Positions 8,865 to 18,515 of a DNA stretch of 64,000 nt are shown one piece after another. The notes under the pieces were generated by a model. The model did not search any database and was not told where the DNA came from. It saw only the letters and a list, made by a program, of their open reading frames with translations. Made by a program: the position numbers and the translations under genes. Where the stretch lies: positions 2,016,001-2,080,000 of the forward strand of contig OZ218778.1 of assembly GCA_965112635.1 (NCBI GenBank), written 5' to 3'. Source of the stretch: an uncultured bacterium (lineage in GTDB: Bacteria; Oederibacteriota; Oederibacteriia; Oederibacteriales; Oederibacteriaceae). The first letter of the stretch is position 1; the number at the start of each line of letters is the position of its first letter.

Positions 8865-9644
8865 ATGAAATTTAAATTTGCTCTGGTAAATGGAGACAGG
8901 GCAGAAGCTCGGCCAGGGCTGCGAGGTACTTGCGCATTTTGCCAAAGTGAAATGATTGCTAAGTGTGGCCAAGTAAGAATTCGGCATTGGGCTCACAAAA
9001 GCAAGGCAGCATGCGATCATTGGTGGGAAAATGAAACAGAGTGGCACAGAAAATGGAAAAACTGTTTTCCTGCTGAATGGCAGGAAATAGTCCATAAAGA
9101 CACAGCCGGAGAAAAACATATTGCAGACATAAAAACAGATAAAGAATTCGTAATAGAATTTCAGCATTCTGCAATCAAATCTAGTGAAATGCGAAACCGT
9201 GAAGCTTTCTATAAAAATATGGCGTGGATTGTTGATGGGACATGCCTTAAGGGCGGCTACCTACGTTTTTGTAATGGAAAGAGTAGTCTCAGAAATTTAA
9301 TTAATGGCTTTTATCGTTCAACTTCCCCTGAAGCGTGTTTCCCTGCAAACTGGCTTACAAGTTCAGTACCAGTTTATTTTGACTTTCAGGCAGATAGCAG
9401 GATCGATGAGCTTTGGTGCCTATTTCCGGGACAAGTGGAAGGATATACTATAATTGCCTGTGTTTGGCAAAAACAATTTATAGAAGTCTCTTCAACAAAT
9501 CCTTATTTACTTCGACGTCAAGAGGATCTTTCTTCTATAGCGCAGTTTATTCGAGAAGAACGTGCAGCTATGACCCCAAAAGTAGATATCCTAGATCCAT
9601 ATATGCAACATACAAGACTATCAAGACGGAGGAGGCGTTTATGA
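8865..9644 (+). CDS. CoiA-like PD-(D/E)XK nuclease with N-terminal Zn finger
   Basis: CAFC...KCG...HWAH...CD, ETEWHRKWK, HIADI...VIEFQHS. Confidence 0.85.
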   Translation: MKFKFALVNGDRAEARPGLRGTCAFCQSEMIAKCGQVRIRHWAHKSKAACDHWWENETEWHRKWKNCFPAEWQEIVHKDTAGEKHIADIKTDKEFVIEFQHSAIKSSEMRNREAFYKNMAWIVDGTCLKGGYLRFCNGKSSLRNLINGFYRSTSPEACFPANWLTSSVPVYFDFQADSRIDELWCLFPGQVEGYTIIACVWQKQFIEVSSTNPYLLRRQEDLSSIAQFIREERAAMTPKVDILDPYMQHTRLSRRRRRL

Positions 9645-9889
9645 AGAATATTGTTACAGCCATTATTTTGGGCATAAGCCTTATAATATGCGCTGCTATC
9701 TTAGGAAATACAAAAGACCGATATAAAATTGTTATGAACGAGGGGCAGCCTGGCGGTTTAATAACTTTAAAATATGATGCCGTGTCAGGAGACGCTTGGC
9801 GATTAGTTTTACCAGGAAATTACTGGGTTAAAATTCCGGACTCTGGCCAGGAATATATCGTGCCTAAGCTTAATGAAAAAAATAAGTAG
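9641..9889 (+). CDS. Small membrane-anchored hypothetical protein
   Basis: GGAGG RBS, ATGA overlap, N-terminal TM helix. Confidence 0.7.
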   Translation: MKNIVTAIILGISLIICAAILGNTKDRYKIVMNEGQPGGLITLKYDAVSGDAWRLVLPGNYWVKIPDSGQEYIVPKLNEKNK

Positions 9890-9952
9890 AAAGCAAAAGG
9901 CCGTTTGGCATAGTGTTAAATAACGTAATCGGAGTAATGAGAATGATATCCG

Positions 9953-10079
9953 GGGTCCCTCAATATACTTAATTATGGAAGGGACCCGTTGAGCAGCTCA
10001 GGGTACTACTTTATCAGGAACTAATGAAACTACCCGTTGAGTGACCGTTCAGGTCACTCAACCTTTCAGCCTGCTCAAC
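9953..10079 (+). repeat. Two nested 35+27-nt units (10001-10062 lies inside the second hairpin of 9953-10079)
   Basis: GTTGAGCAG (9988) pairs with CTGCTCAAC (10071-10079) around a complete unit. Confidence 0.85.
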
Positions 10080-10186
10080 CCGCCTCCCCTCGAAGATATT
10101 TTCCGCAATTTTTCCGCCTTTCTTTTGGCCAAGAACTACTCAGATTTGCTACTCCATAATCTTGAACCCTCACTTGTACATTGGCT

Positions 10187-10248
10187 GGGCATCACTACAT
10201 AAAGAAATTTTGTAGATGCCCGTTGAATTACCGTTCAGGTAATTCAAC
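10187..10248 (+). repeat. 35+27-nt double-hairpin unit
   Basis: GGGCAT..ATGCCC (35 nt) plus GTTGAATTACC-GTTCA-GGTAATTCAAC. Confidence 0.85.
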
Positions 10249-10410
10249 CAAGCGAGAAAGTGGCAGTTTTTACGGTTTGACACAAAAGGGTAGGGGGAGG
10301 AAAATTAACATATTGTTTTAGTGAGCGGGCGGGGTGATAAATGCCGTATGTCCAATACGACCCCGGTCTCATGCGCCGTTATAGGGCTAGCACTAAGAAC
10401 AGGAGCATAG

Positions 10411-11301
10411 GTGATCAAAGGGCTTTCCTTGGTTCTGATGACAACGGTTTTGTGGGGAGCCATTGCCGTCATTTTTGACCGTGTCGCGAAAAAAAAAGTG
10501 AACATCCACGCTTTCTACGGCTGCAGTTTGCTCTTCGGGACCCTGTGCTCCCTGTTTTTTATCCACTGGGGCGTCCTTTTCCAGGGCCAGACGGACAGAC
10601 TGGCACAGCTGGTCCTCCTGATCTCCATCAGCGGCATACTCAATACCATAGCCATGCTCCTGATGATCATGGCCATGAGGAAAGGCCACAGCTCCCTGGT
10701 CTGGACAGTCACGCAATCAGCCATCGTGGTCCAGTTCATCTATTCAACAATAATTTGGAGTGAAAGCATCAGTCTCAGCCAGGTCCTGGGACTGTCAGCC
10801 ATTTTTTTAAACTTTATCCTGGTCTCCGCTGGAAACAACGGACCTAGCGCTAAGTCCAGCAAGGGATTAAGCGGGCAACAGCTTATTATCGTCCTCACCA
10901 GCTTTATCCTCATCGGCATCTCGCAGGTCATGTTCATTACCCCCTCCCACTGGAGCCAGTGGCAAGACGCCACGGGACTAAGGGTTCCTCTACTTTATAT
11001 TGTCCCTGGGATATTTATGGCGTGGATGACCTTCCGCTCAGGCCAAAATATCAGTAAAGCCGGCATGTGGCTCGGATTATTGCTGGCCTTGTTTGGAGTG
11101 GCCGGAATGCTTATGCTATCGGCGAGCCTGGATGCCTTGGCACCGCTTAAAATTTCCAAGATCGCCTATCCCATCGCCACAGCCGGCAGCATCGTGCTGT
11201 TCGCCTTGTATTCATTTACTTATCTCAAAGAGCCTTTTGGTTTAAAAAAATGGGCGGGTATTGTCCTGGGTATTGCGGGGATAGTATTGATCAGCATTTA
11301 G
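10411..11301 (+). CDS. EamA/DMT-family transporter
   Basis: About 10 TM segments in two repeats; LKEPFGLKKWAGIVLG. Confidence 0.85.
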   Translation: MIKGLSLVLMTTVLWGAIAVIFDRVAKKKVNIHAFYGCSLLFGTLCSLFFIHWGVLFQGQTDRLAQLVLLISISGILNTIAMLLMIMAMRKGHSSLVWTVTQSAIVVQFIYSTIIWSESISLSQVLGLSAIFLNFILVSAGNNGPSAKSSKGLSGQQLIIVLTSFILIGISQVMFITPSHWSQWQDATGLRVPLLYIVPGIFMAWMTFRSGQNISKAGMWLGLLLALFGVAGMLMLSASLDALAPLKISKIAYPIATAGSIVLFALYSFTYLKEPFGLKKWAGIVLGIAGIVLISI

Positions 11302-11323
11302 GGCAGGCCGGAAAAGGGGTCAA

Positions 11324-13229
11324 ATGGTTGAGTTAAAGAACAAAGCGCTTTATTTGGGTATTTCTGAGGACGGGACCCGCGTCATCGTCAGGGATAATGA
11401 ACGCGGCATGGAGTGGGAGTTGGATCCCTCGACCATATCCTACCGGCGTTATGCCGGTAAGGTTGACACGCTCAATGACCTCCCTGATCTGAAACGAATA
11501 CCTTTGGGACAGGGTAAAGCAGTGCGCCAGGGACAGGCGATCCGGGTGGAGTATCTACTAGCGGGCGGACAAGCAAGCTTTGTCTGGGTGCTGGGCCAGG
11601 ACCATCTGGAGGTCTCCCTCCAGGTGACAGCCCAAGACGCTGTCCTGGTTTCTTTGCCGGGTGCTTTTTACCCCAGCCAGGGCAAAAACGAGCTGCTGCT
11701 TCCGGTATCCCAGGGCATTCTCTGGCGGGGGACCAAAGAAATGCCGGAAAAGACCTATGAACAGGGCGGCCACAAAAAATGGTCCATGGCCATGGGAGCG
11801 GTGGTCGGTGACAAAGGGGCTTTGCTGGTCACCCAGGAAAGTCCGGCGGACTGGGGTGGCACGCGGGGCCAATCGGGCCGGGGCCCTTATTTCTTCTTTG
11901 AACAGATGAGATGCGAGGTCCACGGTTGGTATGAGCGCAAAGTCAGGATCTATCCGGTCGATAACAGCATCACGGCGGTCTGCAAAAAATACCGCGCCAG
12001 GGTCATAGAGCGGGGCGAATTTTTTTCCTGGAAGGAAAAGATCAGCCAGCGGCCCATGGTGAAAAACCTTTTCGGCTCGCTCCTGGCTTTTATCGGTTAC
12101 AACAAAACGGATGAGATCGATTACGCGGCTTCAGCCCGGAAACTCAAGGCATACGGCTTTGATAAGGTCTTTTATTATCCCGTCCGTTTTTGCCAGTTCA
12201 ATAAAAAAGAGTTCAAAATGGGCGGGGATACCCCCATCCACCTGGACGACGAGGTGCTCCGCTGTATCAAGGAGGTCCCGGGTTCTTTTATCGCTCCGTG
12301 GGGTGTTGCCTGTATGGCGCTCGACGACGGCGACCCCGGCGTGCAACAGCTCCTGCGGCATGATCCGCAGGGCCGTTTTGTCAAAGATTGGAAAATGGAC
12401 GACCTGCAGTTTTACCAGACCTGCCATTCCGGCGTAACCCAAGCCATGAAAAAACGCTTACAGGGCGACTTGAAAGAAATGGATTGGGTCCATTATGACG
12501 TCGAAGCCACCCACCCCGGCAGGCCCTGTTACAGCCTCAAGCACGGAGCGCACCCTGATAAACCCATGGCTGAGGGGAGACGCTCTAAAAGCCGAGGCCG
12601 AATTGCTGGGGTTCGAGACCAACGGCAACCGGGTGGTCTCCACCGAGGGATTTGTGGACCGTAATACAGGGAGCTTTGACATCGGTTCGCACAGGATGTC
12701 CCCCCAATGGGGGGATTATCCCTTTATCCCGGTTCCCCTGGTCATGCTGGTCTATCATGACTCCTGCGTGCATACCTGGTGGGAAGTGTATACCTACAAT
12801 ACCCACAATAAATTTTTTGACCTGGAAAACGACAGCTACGAGTTAGGAACGTCCAGCGCGGGAAAGCCTTGGAAAAAGGCGGCTATGGACGCGCTCTACG
12901 GCAGTCCGCCCCTTGTTTTCCCGTTTGGCAGGCAATATTCCTGGGTCAATGAGATACCGGGCGGGAATACCTACTCTTATCTGGTACGGCTGGAGGACGC
13001 TGCGGTCCAGGAAGCTCTCCAGGCGGCCTTGCCGGTGACCAAACTCCACGCCCAGGTGGGTATGCAGGAACTGGTTTCGTTTGATTTTGTGACTGAGGAC
13101 TACGCGGTCCAGACCACGGTTTTTGCGGACGGCACCCGCATCGTGGGCAATATTTCCGACCAGGACAAAATGACCCAGGATTACGGCGAAATCAAAGCCA
13201 ATACCTGGAAACAAGTTAAGTTCAAGTAA
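11324..13229 (+). pseudogene. Glycoside-hydrolase-like protein (DUF5696/GH101-129-like) split by a frameshift near 12569
   Basis: ORFs 11324-12664 and 12495-13229 overlap without an internal RBS; WVHYDV, VSTEG, PVPLVMLVYHD, QTTVFADGTRIVGN. Confidence 0.6.
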
Positions 13230-13346
13230 CCTGGTATAAAGGTAAGCTGGATTTTGGACAGGGCAGCGGGTCTATCACGCCGAATTTGATAGCCAGCACA
13301 GGAAAAAAGTAGTCAACAAAGTCATAGGCGAAAAAAGGAAATCGTT

Positions 13347-14213
13347 TTGAAAAAGAAAAAGGTTTTACTCAACGAGAATTATATTTTGATTTTGATTGTG
13401 GCAATACTGGTCTGTTTCTTTATGTTCAAAACCTGCCGCAAACCAGCCATCAGCACCAAGCCCATTGTCACCCCATACTATCCTGACCTGGCGGTCATGA
13501 AAGGCACGGACGGGATCAGGATCATCCGACGGAATTTGGGATGGTATGTCAGTGATGAATACAGTGACCTCTTGAAAATCGATGCTGGATTAACCGATGA
13601 TGAGGTTGAGTTTATTAAGAGCATCAAAATTGATGAACAGCAAAAACAGCAATTAATAAGGTCAGAAGAAGAAATAAAGTCCCAGCTCAGGGTCAGATAT
13701 ATTTCCAAGCCCAAAGCCGAGGGTGAATTAAAGAGCGTTCAGGGCCAGTATCAAGACATTTCCAGCCACACCATAGAGGAGGTGGAGGCCAAGCTGGGCC
13801 GGGAAAAAACAGAACTTCTTGTTGAATGGCTGAGTGAATGGGAGTTGGTGGGAGTGGTCCAGCCGCTCAGTCAAAATAGCCAGGACGCCGCCTTGCCCAT
13901 CCTGGTCCAAGAAAAAACCAGAAGATTGGCGGGGAACAGTAATTTTATCGGTGAAGAAAAATTAAAGCTGATCAAAAAAATGGTCGGGGAGCGGCTGAAC
14001 CTGTCCCTGGCTCTGCGAAGGAGGATCCATTTCTATAACGCCAGGACAGAGGGCGGCCCGTATACCCAGGAAAAGGCGGAGATGCTCAAAAAATACCTGG
14101 CTGATATCAGGAGCGTTGGTGATGAATTGAATCGGGCCCTGTCGCAGGCGGATAAGGAACAGATAAGAAAAATAGAGCCCATAAGGGCAAAAGTATTGTA
14201 TGGGATCAACTAG
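13347..14213 (+). CDS. Membrane-anchored hypothetical protein
   Basis: 288-aa ORF with an N-terminal TM helix. Confidence 0.7.
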   Translation: MKKKKVLLNENYILILIVAILVCFFMFKTCRKPAISTKPIVTPYYPDLAVMKGTDGIRIIRRNLGWYVSDEYSDLLKIDAGLTDDEVEFIKSIKIDEQQKQQLIRSEEEIKSQLRVRYISKPKAEGELKSVQGQYQDISSHTIEEVEAKLGREKTELLVEWLSEWELVGVVQPLSQNSQDAALPILVQEKTRRLAGNSNFIGEEKLKLIKKMVGERLNLSLALRRRIHFYNARTEGGPYTQEKAEMLKKYLADIRSVGDELNRALSQADKEQIRKIEPIRAKVLYGIN

Positions 14214-14308
14214 AAGGTGTTTTTGCTTCCCATTTTTTGCAGGCTAAATATATCCTTCAATAATTTTAGTCCAGTCGAAATAGGTATAAAATTTAAAGGG
14301 AGGGGATT

Positions 14309-17218
14309 TTGACGCCTGTTGTTCCTATTGATGAGGTTATCTTGCCGGTCATCGCGGATAATTCCATCTGCTGTTACCAGAACGACGCGAAAGGCGAGAA
14401 CGAGCGCCAGTTCAACCAGGGCCGGTCGCTACTGATAAAAATGAAAGGCGTGGAAAATCTGCTGGTCCTGGCTGTTGACCCGGCAGCCATCAAAAACAAG
14501 CTCATCACCAAGGCGGTCCTGCGCATCCGGGGCACAGAGTCCAACATGATGGTCAGGAGGGTCGGTTTTTCCACGATGGCCACGGTCTGGCCGGAAGGAA
14601 ATTCGGCCGTGGACGGGCCGGGCCAGCCGGGAGATTCTTGTTTTAGGACCCCTGAGCTGGGAAGCGGAAAAACCTGGGCCGGGCCCGGCTCGGATATTTT
14701 GGACACGGTGTGGGGCTACGGCGGCACCCTCTGGACGCAGAGCGGCGTGAGCCACGACAAAGACATGTGGTTCGACCTGGAGTTTGACCCCAGGATCCTG
14801 GAGGCCTGCGGCGCCGGCCTTTCCGCGGGCATCCTGGTCAGCGACGACAACGGCCAGACCGTGATGAACAGCAAAGAAGCCGACCCGGAGGGCAACTCAG
14901 GCAATAACTGGTTCTATTCCCGGCACAGCCCTTATCCTCCTTATTTTATAGTTACGGCCACTGACGGGCCGGATATGAAACCCCAGAACATGGAAGTCAG
15001 CGTCAAACCCTGGCCAGGAGGCGCTGAGTTTGACAGCGGCGGATTGGAAATATCCTGGCCAGGCCCCCAGACCGACGAGGAATACAGGGGTATTTTGGGT
15101 TACCGGATAAAGATGTCTTTTGATGGCGGAGAAATGAAAGACCTTAGCCGCTGGATGCATCTTGCTCCGGCGCTAGCGGGAACAAGGGCCAGGGCGCTAT
15201 TAAAGTTCCAGCCGGCTGGAGCAAAGGCAAAGGTTTTGGTCGAGGTCGTCACCCGGGCAGGCCGGATTTCCCAAAGCGGCACAGGGGAGGGAGCGGTATC
15301 GGCCAAACTGTCCCTGCCTCCAAAGTTTGTCCTAAAACATCACAGCCTAGGGGCCGGGTCTCCTCTATCCAATGGCCGTTCGCTTTTGTGGGCCGTGCCC
15401 GACTGCGTCAAGGTGAATCCCATCACCGGCAATGTTTTGGAAGAGGCTGGGACGGATTATAGCGGGGCGCCAACAGGCCGATACAGGCAGGCCAATCCAG
15501 TCTGGGATGGAGAAAGGCAGGCCGTAGTTTTAGCCGGCCTTAGGGGCGAGTGGGTCGGCTTCCAGCTTATTTGTGAAAATTTGGAACAGGGAAGTACGAC
15601 CTACAAAATAGCCGCGGCAGAGTTTAAGGGTCCTAGAGGTTTAACCATCCCAGCCGATGCCGTAGGTTTGTCCCGTTTGTGGTATCTCAAGGCGGACAGT
15701 TCTGAAAAAGGGTGGTATGCCGACCCCCTGCTGGACCTTGGGGCAGGCGAGGCTTTCTGCGTGCCTGACCAGAAAAACGCCGTGCCAGGACAAAAGAACC
15801 AGGCCGTTTACGCGGAAGTTTTCATTCCCCAGGACGCCGTCCCGGGCGATTACCAAGGCCGCTTCACGGTGTCCTTGCTAGGCGCGGAGGATATCTTCGT
15901 TCCCGTCAAACTGCGCATAGGCTCAGGCATCATCTCCAAAGAAGCGCATTTTGTCTGGTCCATGATGACCTATGACTCGCCGGGCATCATGTCCGGGCCG
16001 ATCTTCATGGACAGGACATATTTTCTTCCCTCGGAAAGCTCTTATTACAGGATGTGCCACCTCCACCGCGCCACTTTGTCCCCGGTTTACTACGGCCATG
16101 ATGGAACAGCTTCGGAAGACAGCGAGCCGCCCCTCACCGGCAAAGGCAAGAACATGCGGGTCAAGGACTGGACCCGGTGGGACAAGCGCTTTGGACGGTA
16201 TTTTGACGCCAGCGCGTTCAAAGGAACGCCCCGGGAGGGCGTCGGCCTGGACCATTTTATCCTGCCCTTGTGCGAACATTATCCGACCAGCATGAACGAA
16301 GGTTACCAGTGGAACAAGGTCAAATGGGAAGACCACTGGAAAACAGCCGGTCCCATCGAACAGGGGTTCAGCCAGATATATAAGGAACAGTGGGAGGCAA
16401 TAGCCAGGGACTTTATCAAGCATATTAAAGAAAAAGGGTGGAAGACCGGTTTTCAGGTCTACCCCAACGACAAATACGACTCCAAGCTCTTTGACTACAG
16501 GAAAAAGAACGGCAAGGAGGGTGTTTGTTTCTGGAGGTTGGACGAGCCCATGCATATGGACGATTTTTTGGCGGTCAAGTTTTTTGGTGAGCTTTTACGC
16601 CAAAGCCAGCAGGGTGAAGCCAAGACCATCCTGTACAGGGTAGATTTGTCTTATCCGCAGTGGGGCCGGGATACTTTGGATCCGGTCATGGATATTGATA
16701 ATAATGGAGGCGCTGCCAAATACCGGAGATTTATGGAGGATTGGCGGGAAAGAAATGGTCAGGTCATCTGGAACTACGGCGCTCCGCCGGAAATCAACCG
16801 AAGTGCTTTTGTCCTAGTAGGCCAGGCTTTGGACCAGTATTCCAGGGGATGCGACGGGTTTGTGGAATGGCTGGTTTTGGGAGGGCCAAAGGATTGGCAA
16901 AAACCAGCAGCCACCACTGTCCTATATCCAGGAGATGAGATGGGGCATAAAGGCGCTTGCGCCTCTTTGCGGCTAAAGGCGTTTCGCCGGGGTGAACAGG
17001 ATGTGGAGTATTTGTGGCTCCTGGCCAACAAGCTGGGGCTGTCCAAAGACGACCCCAACCGGCGCAGGCTCTACAAGCTTTTGGAAAACATTGTCCATCC
17101 CCCTAAAACCCAGCCTTATGACGAGACCGGCAGCTCCTATGACGAGCTTGGCCTGGTAAAGCTGGAAGATTTAGAAGGCCTGCGTTGGACTATTGCGGAT
17201 ATTTTAGAGGAGAAATAG
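14309..17218 (+). CDS. Large DUF4091/GH123-like glycoside hydrolase
   Basis: LRGEWVGFQL, VYAEVFIPQDAVPGDYQG, LDEP, LYPG...SLRLKAFRRGEQDVEY. Confidence 0.7.
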   Translation: MTPVVPIDEVILPVIADNSICCYQNDAKGENERQFNQGRSLLIKMKGVENLLVLAVDPAAIKNKLITKAVLRIRGTESNMMVRRVGFSTMATVWPEGNSAVDGPGQPGDSCFRTPELGSGKTWAGPGSDILDTVWGYGGTLWTQSGVSHDKDMWFDLEFDPRILEACGAGLSAGILVSDDNGQTVMNSKEADPEGNSGNNWFYSRHSPYPPYFIVTATDGPDMKPQNMEVSVKPWPGGAEFDSGGLEISWPGPQTDEEYRGILGYRIKMSFDGGEMKDLSRWMHLAPALAGTRARALLKFQPAGAKAKVLVEVVTRAGRISQSGTGEGAVSAKLSLPPKFVLKHHSLGAGSPLSNGRSLLWAVPDCVKVNPITGNVLEEAGTDYSGAPTGRYRQANPVWDGERQAVVLAGLRGEWVGFQLICENLEQGSTTYKIAAAEFKGPRGLTIPADAVGLSRLWYLKADSSEKGWYADPLLDLGAGEAFCVPDQKNAVPGQKNQAVYAEVFIPQDAVPGDYQGRFTVSLLGAEDIFVPVKLRIGSGIISKEAHFVWSMMTYDSPGIMSGPIFMDRTYFLPSESSYYRMCHLHRATLSPVYYGHDGTASEDSEPPLTGKGKNMRVKDWTRWDKRFGRYFDASAFKGTPREGVGLDHFILPLCEHYPTSMNEGYQWNKVKWEDHWKTAGPIEQGFSQIYKEQWEAIARDFIKHIKEKGWKTGFQVYPNDKYDSKLFDYRKKNGKEGVCFWRLDEPMHMDDFLAVKFFGELLRQSQQGEAKTILYRVDLSYPQWGRDTLDPVMDIDNNGGAAKYRRFMEDWRERNGQVIWNYGAPPEINRSAFVLVGQALDQYSRGCDGFVEWLVLGGPKDWQKPAATTVLYPGDEMGHKGACASLRLKAFRRGEQDVEYLWLLANKLGLSKDDPNRRRLYKLLENIVHPPKTQPYDETGSSYDELGLVKLEDLEGLRWTIADILEEK

Positions 17219-17314
17219 GCCTTATTCTTTAGTTAAACGAATATCTTGCTTTCAACTTGAATAAAAAGTCCTGCCTGTTAAACTTAAAATATTAAAATTC
17301 CCATAAGGAGCAAT

Positions 17315-18367
17315 GTGGGAAAAGTTTTGTGTTGGTGTTTGAAAAAACATAAAGACAAAGCTTTTTTCCGCTCCACCTGCCACGGCGCAGCGGATCTGAC
17401 CTTTATCCTAATTTTCTCTTTAGGTATTGCATTTATCCCCGCTGTCTTGCAGGCCGATTTGGTTTCTTTGGCCAATGGTACATCCGTCATTGGAACAGTG
17501 ACCCAAGAGACAACCTATGATATTACCGTCAAGCTTCCCAACGGAAGCGAGCAGGTCATTCCCCGTTCCCAAGTAGCTTGGATAAGCCGTGTCAGCACCA
17601 GCGAAGTGCTTACCTCGGACGGCCAAAAGATCATTGGGGTGATTACCCGGGAAACCTCGGACGGTGTGGTCATGCAAACCCAGGACGGAAGCACCCTTTC
17701 AATCCCCAGGAGCAGTATCACTAATTTGAATCGCGATGCTATAGCGGCGCCCCCTGAAACAAGCTACGAGAGTAACGCTTATAACGTTGAAAACAAGGAC
17801 GCCAACAATGCGGCGAACGGAGAATCTGAGCAGGGTTTAAATGGAGGAAAAATATTCCACATGGTCCTGACATTTAGTCCCGCTGAATTGGCAGTTGGAA
17901 TGTATGACATGGGGTTTGAATTAAGGAGCAACAAGACCTCTTCCCTTGCCTTACGGGTCTCTTACTGGAATTATAATATTACCCCGTCAGTGAATTTTAC
18001 GTCTTTTGGGGTAGACGCGGGGAGCCGACATTATTGGAAATCCAGCGCACCGGATAACCTTTATACCGGCATTTATGCGAGCCTGCTCGACGCGACCCTT
18101 AAGGATACCTACACTACTTATTCCTACTCTAATGGCCAGGAAACGACCAGCAAGTCCACCGACACCGCCACGGGTTGTTTGTTCGGGCCTGCTGCAGATA
18201 CTGGTTTCCAGTGGATCTGGCGGGAGACAGGGCTCACCTTTGATGTTGCGATAGAAGCCGGATACTATTTTGGAAATATCAGCGCTAACGCTGGTTCCTC
18301 TTCGGTGTCAATGCCTTTTGTGGGAATATTGACCAAGTTGCGGCTAGGTCTTGGGTTTGCCTGGTAA
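17315..18367 (+). CDS. Outer-membrane beta-barrel protein with duplicated N-terminal beta domain
   Basis: Repeat L.NG..V.G.VT.ET...V.L..GS...IPRS twice; C-terminal LRLGLGFAW; start uncertain. Confidence 0.7.
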   Translation: MGKVLCWCLKKHKDKAFFRSTCHGAADLTFILIFSLGIAFIPAVLQADLVSLANGTSVIGTVTQETTYDITVKLPNGSEQVIPRSQVAWISRVSTSEVLTSDGQKIIGVITRETSDGVVMQTQDGSTLSIPRSSITNLNRDAIAAPPETSYESNAYNVENKDANNAANGESEQGLNGGKIFHMVLTFSPAELAVGMYDMGFELRSNKTSSLALRVSYWNYNITPSVNFTSFGVDAGSRHYWKSSAPDNLYTGIYASLLDATLKDTYTTYSYSNGQETTSKSTDTATGCLFGPAADTGFQWIWRETGLTFDVAIEAGYYFGNISANAGSSSVSMPFVGILTKLRLGLGFAW

Positions 18368-18515
18368 GTTATGTTTAATTTTCAACGGTCACGATCAGGG
18401 ATATAAATATGAAGTTACTTTAATTTTTTAAAATGCCCTCGCCAAAAGCGGTTTCTTTAGTTTAAAATACCTTATTCCATTCAGCGTGTATCTTAAATTA
18501 TGAGGGAGAGACGAG

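Noticed and set aside
974-10248. Hairpins as integron attC sites (GTTRRRY/RYYYAAC present)
   Set aside because: The order is reversed (GTT first, AAC last), they are only 27 nt, there are no L boxes or extrahelical bases, and no intI is in the window
743-10310. CRISPR array
   Set aside because: Repeats are irregularly spaced by hundreds to thousands of bases, and there are no cas genes
10321-10400. Riboswitch upstream of the EamA gene
   Set aside because: Only short stems (CGTAT/ATACG, GGGGT/ACCCC), a single copy, and no recognisable consensus or expression platform
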